From an uncultured SAR86 cluster bacterium (GTDB lineage: Bacteria > Pseudomonadota > Gammaproteobacteria > Magnimaribacterales > TMED112), in contig CACNDL010000004.1 in the NCBI GenBank assembly GCA_902619265.1, positions 2,513-66,512 of the forward strand: a DNA stretch of 64,000 bases, given 5' to 3'. The notes below the pieces were generated by a model. It was given only the letters and a program-made list of their open reading frames with translations, did not search any database and was not told the DNA's origin. This document shows, piece by piece, positions 27,514 to 36,916 of this stretch. Every line of letters starts with the position of its first letter. Position 1 is the stretch's first letter. A program made the translations under genes and the position numbers.

Positions 27514-28911
27514 CTAATCTTTAAATTCAGCGACTAATTTAGAAATACTTTCCTTCGCATCGCCAAAAAGCATTCGAGAATTTTCTTTGAAAAATAATGG
27601 GTTCTGAACCCCTGCAAAACCTGAAGCCATTGACCTTTTCAAGACCATTACCGTTTTAGCTCTATGTACTTCAAGAATAGGCATACCATAGATTGGGCTA
27701 CCTGGCTCTTCGGTTGCTGATGGGTTTACTACATCGTTTGCTCCAATCACAATTGCAATATCAACAGTTTCCATTGTTGGATTTATATCTTTTGGTTCAA
27801 GAAGATTGTCATATGAAACATTAGCCTCAGCCAAAAGTACATTCATATGTCCCGGCATTCTGCCTGCTACAGGATGAATGCCATAAGAAACTTCACAACC
27901 ATTTTCCTCCAGCAAATCACCTAATTCTTTTACAACATGTTGAGCTTGAGCAACTGCCATACCATAACCAGGTACTATTAGTGCTGATCTTGCTGCTTCA
28001 ACAACAAGATATGCATCCTCAGCAGAGATTGGTTTAATTTCTCCATCAATTTCTGCAGCACTTGAACCTGAACTTTCATAACCTACAAAAAAGATGTTGT
28101 ATAAGGTTCTATTCATTGATTTGGCCATAATTAGCGTCAGGACTAATCCTGAAGCACCAACTAAACAACCAGCAACTATCAAAGCAGTGTTTGTTAACAA
28201 AACACCAGCAGAGGCTGCTGCTATACCTGAGAATGAGTTAAGCAAGGAAATAACAACTGGCATATCTCCTCCTCCAATTGGTAGAACGAAGGCTAATCCT
28301 GCAAACAAGGATATGATAAGAAGAGCTATAAATATTTTTTGTATCAGGGCTAAATCTATGAATTCATAGCCCAGACCTCCAGCTATTACTTGAATAACTG
28401 CGATGATTACGAATAAAAAGCTAAATATTAAAAACCATCTTGAAGCTTTATTAAGAAAATTATTATTCCCTTTTAAGATTTCCGAGAGCTTGAAAAATGC
28501 AACGACGCTGCCGCTGAAAGTAATGCCACCAATAAGCACAGTCATAAAAGATAAAACCATTATTAAACTAATTGCAGAAAGATTATTGAATTCTGACCAA
28601 GCTAAAAAGAAAGAAGATAAACCACCAAACCCATTAAATAGTGCAACCATCTCAGGGATTGAAGTCATTTTTACTTTCAAAGCAAAAGCAGAACCAATTA
28701 AAGCGCCAAGCAGCACGGCTGAAAGCACAAGTACTGGATTTACGATTTCAATGACAGTGACAAGCACTGCAAAAAGCATCCCTATGGAACTCACAACGTT
28801 GCCTCTCGCAGCAGTACTCTCATTAGAGAGCATTTTTAAACCATAGATGAATAATATAGCTGAGAATATATATCCAAGCTGTTGCAGTAAATTTAAATCA
28901 AGTTCCATCAT
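27514..28911 (-). CDS. pntB: NAD(P) transhydrogenase beta subunit
   Basis: IGGGDMPVVISLLNS, VPGYGMAVAQAQ, HPVAGRMPGHMNVLLAEA. Confidence 0.96.
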   Translation of the reverse strand: MMELDLNLLQQLGYIFSAILFIYGLKMLSNESTAARGNVVSSIGMLFAVLVTVIEIVNPVLVLSAVLLGALIGSAFALKVKMTSIPEMVALFNGFGGLSSFFLAWSEFNNLSAISLIMVLSFMTVLIGGITFSGSVVAFFKLSEILKGNNNFLNKASRWFLIFSFLFVIIAVIQVIAGGLGYEFIDLALIQKIFIALLIISLFAGLAFVLPIGGGDMPVVISLLNSFSGIAAASAGVLLTNTALIVAGCLVGASGLVLTLIMAKSMNRTLYNIFFVGYESSGSSAAEIDGEIKPISAEDAYLVVEAARSALIVPGYGMAVAQAQHVVKELGDLLEENGCEVSYGIHPVAGRMPGHMNVLLAEANVSYDNLLEPKDINPTMETVDIAIVIGANDVVNPSATEEPGSPIYGMPILEVHRAKTVMVLKRSMASGFAGVQNPLFFKENSRMLFGDAKESISKLVAEFKD

Positions 28912-29180
28912 TTCTTTTTAAACATTCTCAACATTCGATTTGTAACTAGGTAGCCACCGAAAACATTAATTGAAGCAAAAGTAATTGCTGAAAAGGCCAG
29001 GATCATCTGTAAGTTGCTGCCTGTATCAAGACTTAACGCGCCGACTAAAGTGATGCCACTAATTGCATTTGCTCCAGACATTAAAGGAGTATGTAGAGTG
29101 CTTGGGATTTTAGAAATCAATTCCAAACCTAGAAAAATTGCTAAAATTAAAATAAAAAATAATAAAAGTATAATTTCCAT
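28908..29180 (-). CDS. pntAB: NAD(P) transhydrogenase alpha subunit part 2 (membrane)
   Basis: LHTPLMSGANAISGI, INVFGGYLVTNRML. Confidence 0.92.
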   Translation of the reverse strand: MEIILLLFFILILAIFLGLELISKIPSTLHTPLMSGANAISGITLVGALSLDTGSNLQMILAFSAITFASINVFGGYLVTNRMLRMFKKK

Positions 29181-30298
29181 TATTTAAACGCTCCATTTAG
29201 TATTTCGCCATCATGAACAAGCAATGCAGATTTTATAATTTCATCTTCAAGGTCTAATTCAATACACTTTTTCTCTGTGCAATAGAAATCAGATATAAAA
29301 TTTGTAAAGTTATTACTTAAGGCATATGATGCATGATCTGAAACCATAGATGGTAAATTTGAAAAGCCCATTACTTTCACACCATTTATTACATTTATTT
29401 CGTCCAGAATAGAGCCCTCAACGTTGCCTCCACTTTCAACAGCCATATCAAAAATTACACTACCTGGCTTCATTTTTTTAATAGTTTTATCATCGATCAG
29501 TTTTGGGGCTGGTCTTCCAAAAAGTTGTGCAGTTGTAATCACAATGTCTGATCTTGCACAAACTTCACTTTGTAGATCTTTCTGCAGTTGAATTTGTTCT
29601 TTAGTGAGTTCATTTGCGTAGCCTTGTTCGGTTTGGCCGGTATCCCCCAAATCTATTTTTACGAACTTAGCTCCCAATGATTTAACTTGTTCTTCAACAA
29701 CTGGCCTGGTATCAAATGCTTCAACTTTTGCACCTAGCCTTTTTGCAGTTGCAATTGCTTGCAAACCTGCCACTCCAACTCCAATTACAAAAACTGTAGC
29801 TGGTTTCAATGTCCCTGCTGCTGTCATCATCATTGGTAAAGCCGACTTTAACTCTTTAGCTGATTCAATGACTGCAACATATCCAGCTAAATTGGATTGG
29901 CTACTTAACACATCCATTTTTTGTGCTCTAGTAATTCTTGGTATGAACTCCATACTTACTGCTGAAATATTATTTAGTTGAAACCCAGAAAATTGCTCCT
30001 TATTTGAAAAAGGTTCCATTAGGCCGAGAAATAGAGCTTTGTCTTTCATTGCTGTAATCTCATCGACTGAAATTGGTGACGTTGACATAAGTACGTCTGA
30101 TTTGGATAGACATGCTTCCCGACTAACTGACTTCGCACCAAGGCTTGTTAAAACTTCATCATTTACATCTATACCTTCACCGAGACCACTTTCAAATATA
30201 ATATCTATACCCATATCTAAAATTGGCTTTATCGTGTTTGGATGTAAACTCGATCTAAGATCTTTTTGGTTTTTTGGTGTGACGGCCCCTAAAATCAT
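29180..30298 (-). CDS. pntAA: NAD(P) transhydrogenase alpha subunit part 1 (domain I)
   Basis: PRITRAQKMDVLSSQ, GVGVAGLQAIATAKRLG, GGNVE. Confidence 0.93.
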   Translation of the reverse strand: MILGAVTPKNQKDLRSSLHPNTIKPILDMGIDIIFESGLGEGIDVNDEVLTSLGAKSVSREACLSKSDVLMSTSPISVDEITAMKDKALFLGLMEPFSNKEQFSGFQLNNISAVSMEFIPRITRAQKMDVLSSQSNLAGYVAVIESAKELKSALPMMMTAAGTLKPATVFVIGVGVAGLQAIATAKRLGAKVEAFDTRPVVEEQVKSLGAKFVKIDLGDTGQTEQGYANELTKEQIQLQKDLQSEVCARSDIVITTAQLFGRPAPKLIDDKTIKKMKPGSVIFDMAVESGGNVEGSILDEINVINGVKVMGFSNLPSMVSDHASYALSNNFTNFISDFYCTEKKCIELDLEDEIIKSALLVHDGEILNGAFK

Positions 30299-30332
30299 AA
30301 AATATTTAATGTCTAAAGATATACTTTAACTT

Positions 30333-31025
30333 ATGGAAAATTTTGATCAATTAGAATTAGAAAAATTCTCAAAGCTTGCTGACCAGTGGTGGGATCCAAA
30401 TGGAAAATTCAAACCGCTGCATTTAATAAATCCATTACGAACAAGTTACATTGAAGACAAGGTAGACATAAAAAATCTAGAAATTTTAGATATTGGTTGT
30501 GGCGGTGGTATTCTTGCTGAACTTTTGGCACAAAAAGGAGCAAATGTAACAGCTATTGATTTAGCTGATGGCCCATTAAACGTAGCCAAAATAAGACAAA
30601 AAAAATCCAAGCTTGATATAAATTACAGAAAAATAAGTACGACTGAAATAGTAAAAGAGAAAAAAACATTTGATGTAATTACATGTTTAGAAATGTTAGA
30701 GCATGTTCCAGACCCAGCAGAGGTTGTAAAAGAATGTGCCCAACTTTGTAAACCAGGTGGAAATTTATTCTTTTCAACGATCAATAGAAATTTAAAGTCT
30801 TTTATTTTTGCAATTTTAGGTGCTGAATATATTCTTAATATTCTTCCTCAAGGAACACATGAATTTGAGAAACTTATTAAGCCTTCTGAAATGAAAGATT
30901 ATATTGACCGAGCAAGTTTAGATTTTGAAGAGGTTAAAGGTATGTCATATCTACCATTTTTGGATATTGTTCGCCTTACTGACGATCCTTCAGTTAATTA
31001 TATTATTCATGCAACCAAAAAATAA
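30333..31025 (+). CDS. ubiG: Ubiquinone biosynthesis O-methyltransferase
   Basis: WWDPNGKFKPLHLINPLR, LDIGCGGG, CLEMLEHVPDP. Confidence 0.95.
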   Translation: MENFDQLELEKFSKLADQWWDPNGKFKPLHLINPLRTSYIEDKVDIKNLEILDIGCGGGILAELLAQKGANVTAIDLADGPLNVAKIRQKKSKLDINYRKISTTEIVKEKKTFDVITCLEMLEHVPDPAEVVKECAQLCKPGGNLFFSTINRNLKSFIFAILGAEYILNILPQGTHEFEKLIKPSEMKDYIDRASLDFEEVKGMSYLPFLDIVRLTDDPSVNYIIHATKK

Positions 31026-31656
31026 CGCTGTATTATTTGATCTTGATGGCACATTGATCAATTCAGGTCTTTCGTTTTTAAAAATTGTTAATGAATTAAA
31101 GGAAAATGAATCCCAAGCTCCTGTTAATTTTGAAATTGTGAGAGAATTTTCCTCTCGAGGTGCTTCGCTAGTTTTAAGAAATGCTTTCCCAGACGCCAGT
31201 GATGAAAAAATTGACGCGTTAAAATCAAAATTTTTAGAAAGATATACTCAAATAATGACAACTGACATTCATTTGTATAACGGTGTTGGAGAATTATTGA
31301 ATTATTTAAATGAAAATAGCATCTCCTGGGGAATTGTTACGAATAAATCGGCTAAGTATACTCTTCCTATTATTGAGACACTAAACTGGCATAAAGAAAC
31401 TAGTGTAATTATTTGTCCAGAAGATGTTCATCAAACAAAACCTGATCCTGAGGGAATTCTTAAAGCACTAAATTCATTGAATGCCAGCATTGAAACATCT
31501 TTTTATGTTGGAGACCATGAAAGAGATATACAAACTGCAAAAAATGCTAATGTTAAATCTATTGCTTGCACTTATGGGTATTTTCAGTCTGATCCGCTGA
31601 AATGGGGTGCAGACTATATTATTGATTCGCCAAATGAAATAAAAAATATATTATGA
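31009..31656 (+). CDS. HAD-IA phosphatase (Gph/MupP-like)
   Basis: FDLDGTL, VTNK, KPDP, YVGDHERDI; ubiG-HAD-yciK synteny; start moved to ATG at 31009. Confidence 0.85.
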   Translation: MQPKNNAVLFDLDGTLINSGLSFLKIVNELKENESQAPVNFEIVREFSSRGASLVLRNAFPDASDEKIDALKSKFLERYTQIMTTDIHLYNGVGELLNYLNENSISWGIVTNKSAKYTLPIIETLNWHKETSVIICPEDVHQTKPDPEGILKALNSLNASIETSFYVGDHERDIQTAKNANVKSIACTYGYFQSDPLKWGADYIIDSPNEIKNIL

Positions 31657-32396
31657 AACATGTTCCTTCTATAAGCTTTTCTGAAGACTCTCTTTCTAAT
31701 AAAAATATCCTTATTACAGGAGCTGGTTCAGGAATTGGCAGGGCTGTAGCTAAAATTGCTGCTAAGAATCAAGCAAATCTAATATTGCTCTCCAAAGACA
31801 TAAAAAAACTTTATTCACTGCAGGATGAAATTTGCGATGAGGGTGGGAATGAGCCCTTAATAGTTGAATTTGATTTTTTGAAAGCCAGTGAAAAAGATTA
31901 CAAGAAATTGGCTGACAGCTTATATGAAAATTATGAAAAATTAGATGGTTTAGTGCATATAGCTGGGGTTCTGGGATATTTGTCGCCAGTAATAAACACC
32001 TCATTTAATCAACTTAAAACAGTAATGCAGGTAAATTTTGAAAGTAATTTTTTACTGACTCAGTTATCGTTGCCTCTATTGCTCAAAGCCAAAAAACCAT
32101 CTGTTGTTTTCACATCATCCGGAGTTGGAAGAAAAGCTCGAGCATTTTGGACAAGTTACTCTATTTCTAAATTTGCCGTTGAAGGTCTTATGCAAAGTCT
32201 TGCAGATGAGTACGAGAAAGATCTGAGAGTTAATTCCTACAATCCTGGTCCAACAAGGACGCAAATGAGGGCTCAGGCTTTTCCAGCTGAAGACCCAAAC
32301 ACTTTAAGAACACCTGATGAAATTGCTGTGGATTATTTATGGTTATTGTCAGATGAATGTCAGGAAACAGGTATTATGTATAACTATCATGAATGA
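31653..32396 (+). CDS. yciK: YciK-family short-chain oxidoreductase
   Basis: TGAGSGIG, FTSSGVGRK, YSISK, NPGPTRTQMRAQAFPAEDP. Confidence 0.85.
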   Translation: MKHVPSISFSEDSLSNKNILITGAGSGIGRAVAKIAAKNQANLILLSKDIKKLYSLQDEICDEGGNEPLIVEFDFLKASEKDYKKLADSLYENYEKLDGLVHIAGVLGYLSPVINTSFNQLKTVMQVNFESNFLLTQLSLPLLLKAKKPSVVFTSSGVGRKARAFWTSYSISKFAVEGLMQSLADEYEKDLRVNSYNPGPTRTQMRAQAFPAEDPNTLRTPDEIAVDYLWLLSDECQETGIMYNYHE

Positions 32397-32628
32397 ACTA
32401 ATTACTGCTTTAAAGAGAGGTATCGTCGTAATCAGTTTTAAAAAAATTGATTCAGGTGAAATAAGGGTTATGCCCTCCACACTCAATGAAGAGTTAATGC
32501 CTGAAGGTGTTAAAATTATGAATATTTCTGCAGAAAGCGAAACAATAATGGTTTGGTCGCTCGATAAAAATGCTTGGAGGGATATAAGAGTCAACACAAT
32601 AACTGAATGGAGAGTTGAGAATGAATAA
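32389..32628 (+). CDS. Small SH3/Sm-like beta-barrel protein (WYL_2/DUF2693-like)
   Basis: LKRGIVVISFKKIDSGEIRVMPSTL...VWSLDKNAWRDIRVNTI; 79 aa from ATG at 32389. Confidence 0.6.
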   Translation: MNELITALKRGIVVISFKKIDSGEIRVMPSTLNEELMPEGVKIMNISAESETIMVWSLDKNAWRDIRVNTITEWRVENE

Positions 32629-33619
32629 TTTACTTAAAATATTTGCAGCGTTATTTTTTTCTGTTTCTTTATATGCTGAAACTGTGTCAGTGATGACATT
32701 TAATGTTGAAAATCTTTTTGATAATAAAAATGATGCTTATAAAACAGATGAAACTTATCTTGAATTTTCAAAAAAACAAACACCTTTACATATAAAAAAC
32801 TGTGAAAAAATTTCTACAAAAAGATGGAGAGACGATTGCTTGTATATTGATTGGACAGATGAGGTGATTGAACATAAATTAAATTCCATTGCTTCAGTTA
32901 TTTTATCTTATGGATCTAATGGTCCAGATATAATTGGCTTACAAGAAGTAGAGAATAAAAGAATTCTAAAACAACTATTCAAAAAACTAGAAGAAGCTGG
33001 ATATAAGCATAGTGTCCTTCTCGAGGGTAGTGATAATAGAGGCATAGATACAGCTTTTATATCAAAATATAAAATCATTAAATCAAAATTACATAAGATT
33101 CAATTTAGTGGCGGCACGAAACAACAAATTGGTGATACAAGAGAAATCCACGAAAGTGTTTTTTCTGTCAAAGATAAAAAAATAACTGTTTTCAATGTAC
33201 ACTTTCCTGCGCCCTATAATCCAGTTTTTATGAGAAAAGATGCCTTTTCAACATTAGAAAAACTAGCCTCAGCTACTGAAGGTCCTGTCTTAGCTTTAGG
33301 TGATTTTAACGTCACTAAAACTGAGGATGATAAAGAAGGTACTTTTAAAAATGCCAATAAGGATTGGTATGTATCTCATAGGGATCAATGTTCAGAATGC
33401 AACGGAACAAGCTACTGGTTCACAGGCAAATCGTGGAGTTTTCTCGATGTAATTATGATAAGAAAAAATAGAGAAACAAATTTTGTTACAGATGGAGTAA
33501 GTATTGTGAATCATCCGCTTCAAACAAGGAAAGATGGAACACCCATCAGGTACGATGCAAAAAATTTAATTGGAGTATCAGATCATTTTCCTGTTGTCGG
33601 AATAATCAAACTCAATTAA
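32621..33619 (+). CDS. Secreted endonuclease/exonuclease/phosphatase family protein
   Basis: Signal peptide ending SLYA, TFNVENLFD, GLQEVEN, RGID, GDFN, SDHFPV. Confidence 0.85.
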   Translation: MNNLLKIFAALFFSVSLYAETVSVMTFNVENLFDNKNDAYKTDETYLEFSKKQTPLHIKNCEKISTKRWRDDCLYIDWTDEVIEHKLNSIASVILSYGSNGPDIIGLQEVENKRILKQLFKKLEEAGYKHSVLLEGSDNRGIDTAFISKYKIIKSKLHKIQFSGGTKQQIGDTREIHESVFSVKDKKITVFNVHFPAPYNPVFMRKDAFSTLEKLASATEGPVLALGDFNVTKTEDDKEGTFKNANKDWYVSHRDQCSECNGTSYWFTGKSWSFLDVIMIRKNRETNFVTDGVSIVNHPLQTRKDGTPIRYDAKNLIGVSDHFPVVGIIKLN

Positions 33620-34376
33620 TTTCTAGAATATTTTTTAACTTTGAAACTTCTTTTTTGGAAAACTTTTTCCATCCACCAGGTTTTAAATTATCAGGCAATA
33701 AAATTGGCCCAAACCTTAGCCTTATCAATCTATTAACATCTAATTTTTGTGTTTTCCAAAGCTTTCTAACTTCTCTATTTTTTCCACTAAATAAACAGAC
33801 ATAGAACCAATGATTTTTTGATTTTGAAGTTTTCTTAACTGCTACGATATCAGAGAATTGAGCTAGCTCATTATTTACCTTTACTCCTTTGAGTAAATTT
33901 TCAATCTTTTTGTCTGATACATCACCGTAGACCCTGCATAAATATTCCCTATCAATATTGCTGCTTGGATGTGCTAAGAGATTTACTAGATTTCCATCGT
34001 TAGAAAAAATTAAAAGTCCGGATGTATTTACATCAAGCCGCCCAACCATAATCCACTTGCCTTTTTTTCTTGCTGGCAACCCCTGAAAAACACTATCATT
34101 CTTATCTGTTGGAATATTTGAACATACCTGACCAATGGGTTTGTGATATATAAGCACCTCAGTTTCAGGGTTCAACTCAACAACCAGATCCTCGCCATCA
34201 ATATTTAAAATATCGTCATTTTGAACAAATGTATCTTTTTTAACTTTTTTAGAATTTAGTGTAACTTGTTGTGTCTTTAGAAATTCATTTACATTACGAC
34301 GAGATGCAAAACCCAAATTTGCCAGGTATTTTTCAAGCTTTTCTTTATTGTTTTGGAGCTTCTTGCTCAATTGCAT
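33612..34376 (-). CDS. rluB: rRNA pseudouridine synthase (RluB-like)
   Basis: S4 domain, GRLDVNTSGL, GKNREVR; follows scpAB. Confidence 0.85.
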   Translation of the reverse strand: MQLSKKLQNNKEKLEKYLANLGFASRRNVNEFLKTQQVTLNSKKVKKDTFVQNDDILNIDGEDLVVELNPETEVLIYHKPIGQVCSNIPTDKNDSVFQGLPARKKGKWIMVGRLDVNTSGLLIFSNDGNLVNLLAHPSSNIDREYLCRVYGDVSDKKIENLLKGVKVNNELAQFSDIVAVKKTSKSKNHWFYVCLFSGKNREVRKLWKTQKLDVNRLIRLRFGPILLPDNLKPGGWKKFSKKEVSKLKNILEIN

Positions 34377-34926
34377 CTTCCTGAAGACTTAATTCCGGCG
34401 AAATATTTTCTATTTCAGGTAAATCAGGTAAAACCGGAAGATCATCTAATGTTTTCATAGAAAAATCATCCAAGAATTTTTGCGTAGTTATAAAAAGAGC
34501 TGGTCTTCCAGGCACATCTCTGTAACCTTTTATTTTAATCCAACCTTGATCCATCAAAACTTTAATCACGTTGGTTGCTACGTTCACTCCTCTTATATCC
34601 TCAATGTCTCCTCTTGTAACTGGCTGCATGTATGTGATTATTGAGAGTGTCTCCAATGTAGCTCTAGAAAGTCTTAATGGCTTCACTTCCCATAGCTTGG
34701 CAATATCTTTTGAATAATCTTGATTCAATTGGATTCTGTAACCGCTTGAAACTTCAACTAAATCATAAGGCTTATCTGCATAATCTTCTTTAAGAGATAC
34801 AACTGCACTTAAAACTTCAGATTCTTCCTCAGCAGATTGAGTTTCTAATAACTCTACAATGTCTTTCACAGATAAAGCTCTGTTTGCTGCTAGCAATAAT
34901 GCCTCTGTTCTTTTTTTAATATCCAT
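34345..34926 (-). CDS. scpB: SMC-Scp complex subunit ScpB
   Basis: LSRATLETLSIITYMQPVTRGDIEDIRGV, PGRPALF. Confidence 0.95.
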   Translation of the reverse strand: MDIKKRTEALLLAANRALSVKDIVELLETQSAEEESEVLSAVVSLKEDYADKPYDLVEVSSGYRIQLNQDYSKDIAKLWEVKPLRLSRATLETLSIITYMQPVTRGDIEDIRGVNVATNVIKVLMDQGWIKIKGYRDVPGRPALFITTQKFLDDFSMKTLDDLPVLPDLPEIENISPELSLQEDAIEQEAPKQ

Positions 34927-35723
34927 TAATGAACTACCTCTTCTGACCCCTTAAAGTAAATCTCTCCAAACTGCTCTGCTTGTACGATTTCAATGTAACC
35001 TTTTCTGTTTAATTCCAAAGCAGCAGACAAAATAACTGAAACTGCCAGTTTAGATTCACCTTTAAGAATAAGCTCTGGCAAAGATATAAAATCTCTCTCT
35101 TTCAAACTATCCAATAAGAGTTTCATTTTTGATTCAAGAGTTATATTTTCGAGTTTGATTTTATGACTTGATAATCTCACCATTTCATCAAGCATTGATC
35201 TAAGCGCAAATGTTAAATCATTTTTATCATAATTATTCTTTGGTTTAGGTAGTTCAAATTCTGGCAACTTTCCTGCCGCAGGGAATATATCTCTATCTAT
35301 TCTTGGCATTTCATCTAACTTAAAAGATACTTCTTTAAATCTTTTATATTCTTGCAGCCTTCTAAGAAGTTCTGCTTTCGGATCCCCGTCTTCCTCTTCA
35401 TTTTCTTCTTCTCGTGGTAATAGAATTCTAGATTTGATTTCAGCTAAATACGCAGCCATTGCTAAATAATCCCCTGCCAACTCATACTCAAAATCTTCCA
35501 TCATTTCAATATAGGCAATATATTGATCTGTAATTTCAATTAAATTAACTTCTAAAATATCTAAATTTTTGCGTTGTATGAGGTACAACAAAAAATCCAT
35601 CGGCCCGGAAAAAACATCTAACAGCAAAAGCAGTGCTTTTGGAGGTACATAGAGGTTTTCTGGTAACTGATCTACCGTACTACCTTTAACTTTTGGTAAT
35701 GCTATTTCCTGAACGGCTTCCAT
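34926..35723 (-). CDS. scpA: Segregation/condensation protein ScpA
   Basis: FSGPMDFLLYLI, ITDQY, YLAMAAYLAEIKSRILLP. Confidence 0.93.
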   Translation of the reverse strand: MEAVQEIALPKVKGSTVDQLPENLYVPPKALLLLLDVFSGPMDFLLYLIQRKNLDILEVNLIEITDQYIAYIEMMEDFEYELAGDYLAMAAYLAEIKSRILLPREEENEEEDGDPKAELLRRLQEYKRFKEVSFKLDEMPRIDRDIFPAAGKLPEFELPKPKNNYDKNDLTFALRSMLDEMVRLSSHKIKLENITLESKMKLLLDSLKERDFISLPELILKGESKLAVSVILSAALELNRKGYIEIVQAEQFGEIYFKGSEEVVH

Positions 35724-35866
35724 ACACTAGATATTGTATATAAAAAAGAAAATAAATACTAAATATTGTGTTTATTAATAAAAAAATTATTTCTTGCTAA
35801 ATGTTTGATTTTTAAAGAGAAACTTTAGCTTCGATGATGTAAAATTTACAGCTCTGTTTAAATAAT

Positions 35867-36910
35867 ATGATGTATATAACTGACAACAGTAGAATTCTCT
35901 CAAGAGAGGAACTTTCTACACCTGAAGAAATAACTAATGAAATACCATTAGATAAGGAATCTTCAAAATTAATTTTTGGAGCAAGAAGAAGTATTAGCCA
36001 AATATTACATAGGCAGGATGATAGGGTTATAGTAGTTGTTGGCCCTTGTTCAATACATGATCCAAAGGCTGCTTTAGAATATGCAAAACTTTTAAAAGAT
36101 TTCTCTTCATCCGTTGAGAATGAACTTATGGTGGTTATGAGGGTTTATTTCGAAAAGCCTAGAACCACAATTGGTTGGAAAGGCCTCATCAATGATCCTA
36201 GGCTTGATAATTCTTTCAAAATTAACGAAGGCCTCAGAATTTCTAGAAAGTTATTAAAGGATATTGCTGATTTAGGCATGCCAACTGGAACAGAATTTTT
36301 AGATTTAATTTCACCTCAATATGTCTCAGACCTTGTTTGCTGGGGAGCAATTGGAGCACGAACAGCAGAAAGTCAGGTTCACAGAGAATTAACATCTGGG
36401 CTCTCATGTCCAATGGGTATCAAAAATTCTACTAAAGGAGATATTCAGATAGCAATTGACGCAATTAAATCAGCACAATATCAACATGTCTTTCTAGGAA
36501 CAACCAAAAAAGGAAAAGTAGCAATATTTAAAACATCAGGAAATGATGATACTCACATTATTTTACGAGGAGGCCTCGAACCAAATTATCATGCGTCAGA
36601 TATTGAAAATTGTCGTGCTGACCTAGAAAAAAATGAGGTCAACGCCAATATTATGGTCGATTTTAGCCATGGGAATAGTCAAAAAAATCATGAAAATCAA
36701 AAAAAGGTATCTGCTTCTATATGTGATCAAATTGCAAGTGGTAACAAAGACATTATAGGTGTAATGATTGAAAGTCATTTAAAAGAAGGTAATCAGAAAA
36801 TTTCTGAAAATATGGAATATGGTAAAAGTATTACTGACGCTTGTGTAGACTGGGAAGAAACTAAGAAATTACTGAATGATTTAGCACAAGCAGTTAAAGC
36901 CCGAAGATAG
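35867..36910 (+). CDS. DAHP synthase, class I-alpha (AroF/G/H)
   Basis: GPCSIHD, MRVYFEKPRTTIGWKGL, IGART, DFSHGNS, SITDAC. Confidence 0.95.
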   Translation: MMYITDNSRILSREELSTPEEITNEIPLDKESSKLIFGARRSISQILHRQDDRVIVVVGPCSIHDPKAALEYAKLLKDFSSSVENELMVVMRVYFEKPRTTIGWKGLINDPRLDNSFKINEGLRISRKLLKDIADLGMPTGTEFLDLISPQYVSDLVCWGAIGARTAESQVHRELTSGLSCPMGIKNSTKGDIQIAIDAIKSAQYQHVFLGTTKKGKVAIFKTSGNDDTHIILRGGLEPNYHASDIENCRADLEKNEVNANIMVDFSHGNSQKNHENQKKVSASICDQIASGNKDIIGVMIESHLKEGNQKISENMEYGKSITDACVDWEETKKLLNDLAQAVKARR

Positions 36911-36916
36911 AAATAT

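Noticed and set aside
30925-31008. N-terminal extensions in the ORF track (HAD phosphatase here; also 32317, 50302, 10670, 9892)
   Set aside because: They overlap neighbouring genes or precede the evident signal peptide or RBS; downstream ATGs fit the family N-termini better.
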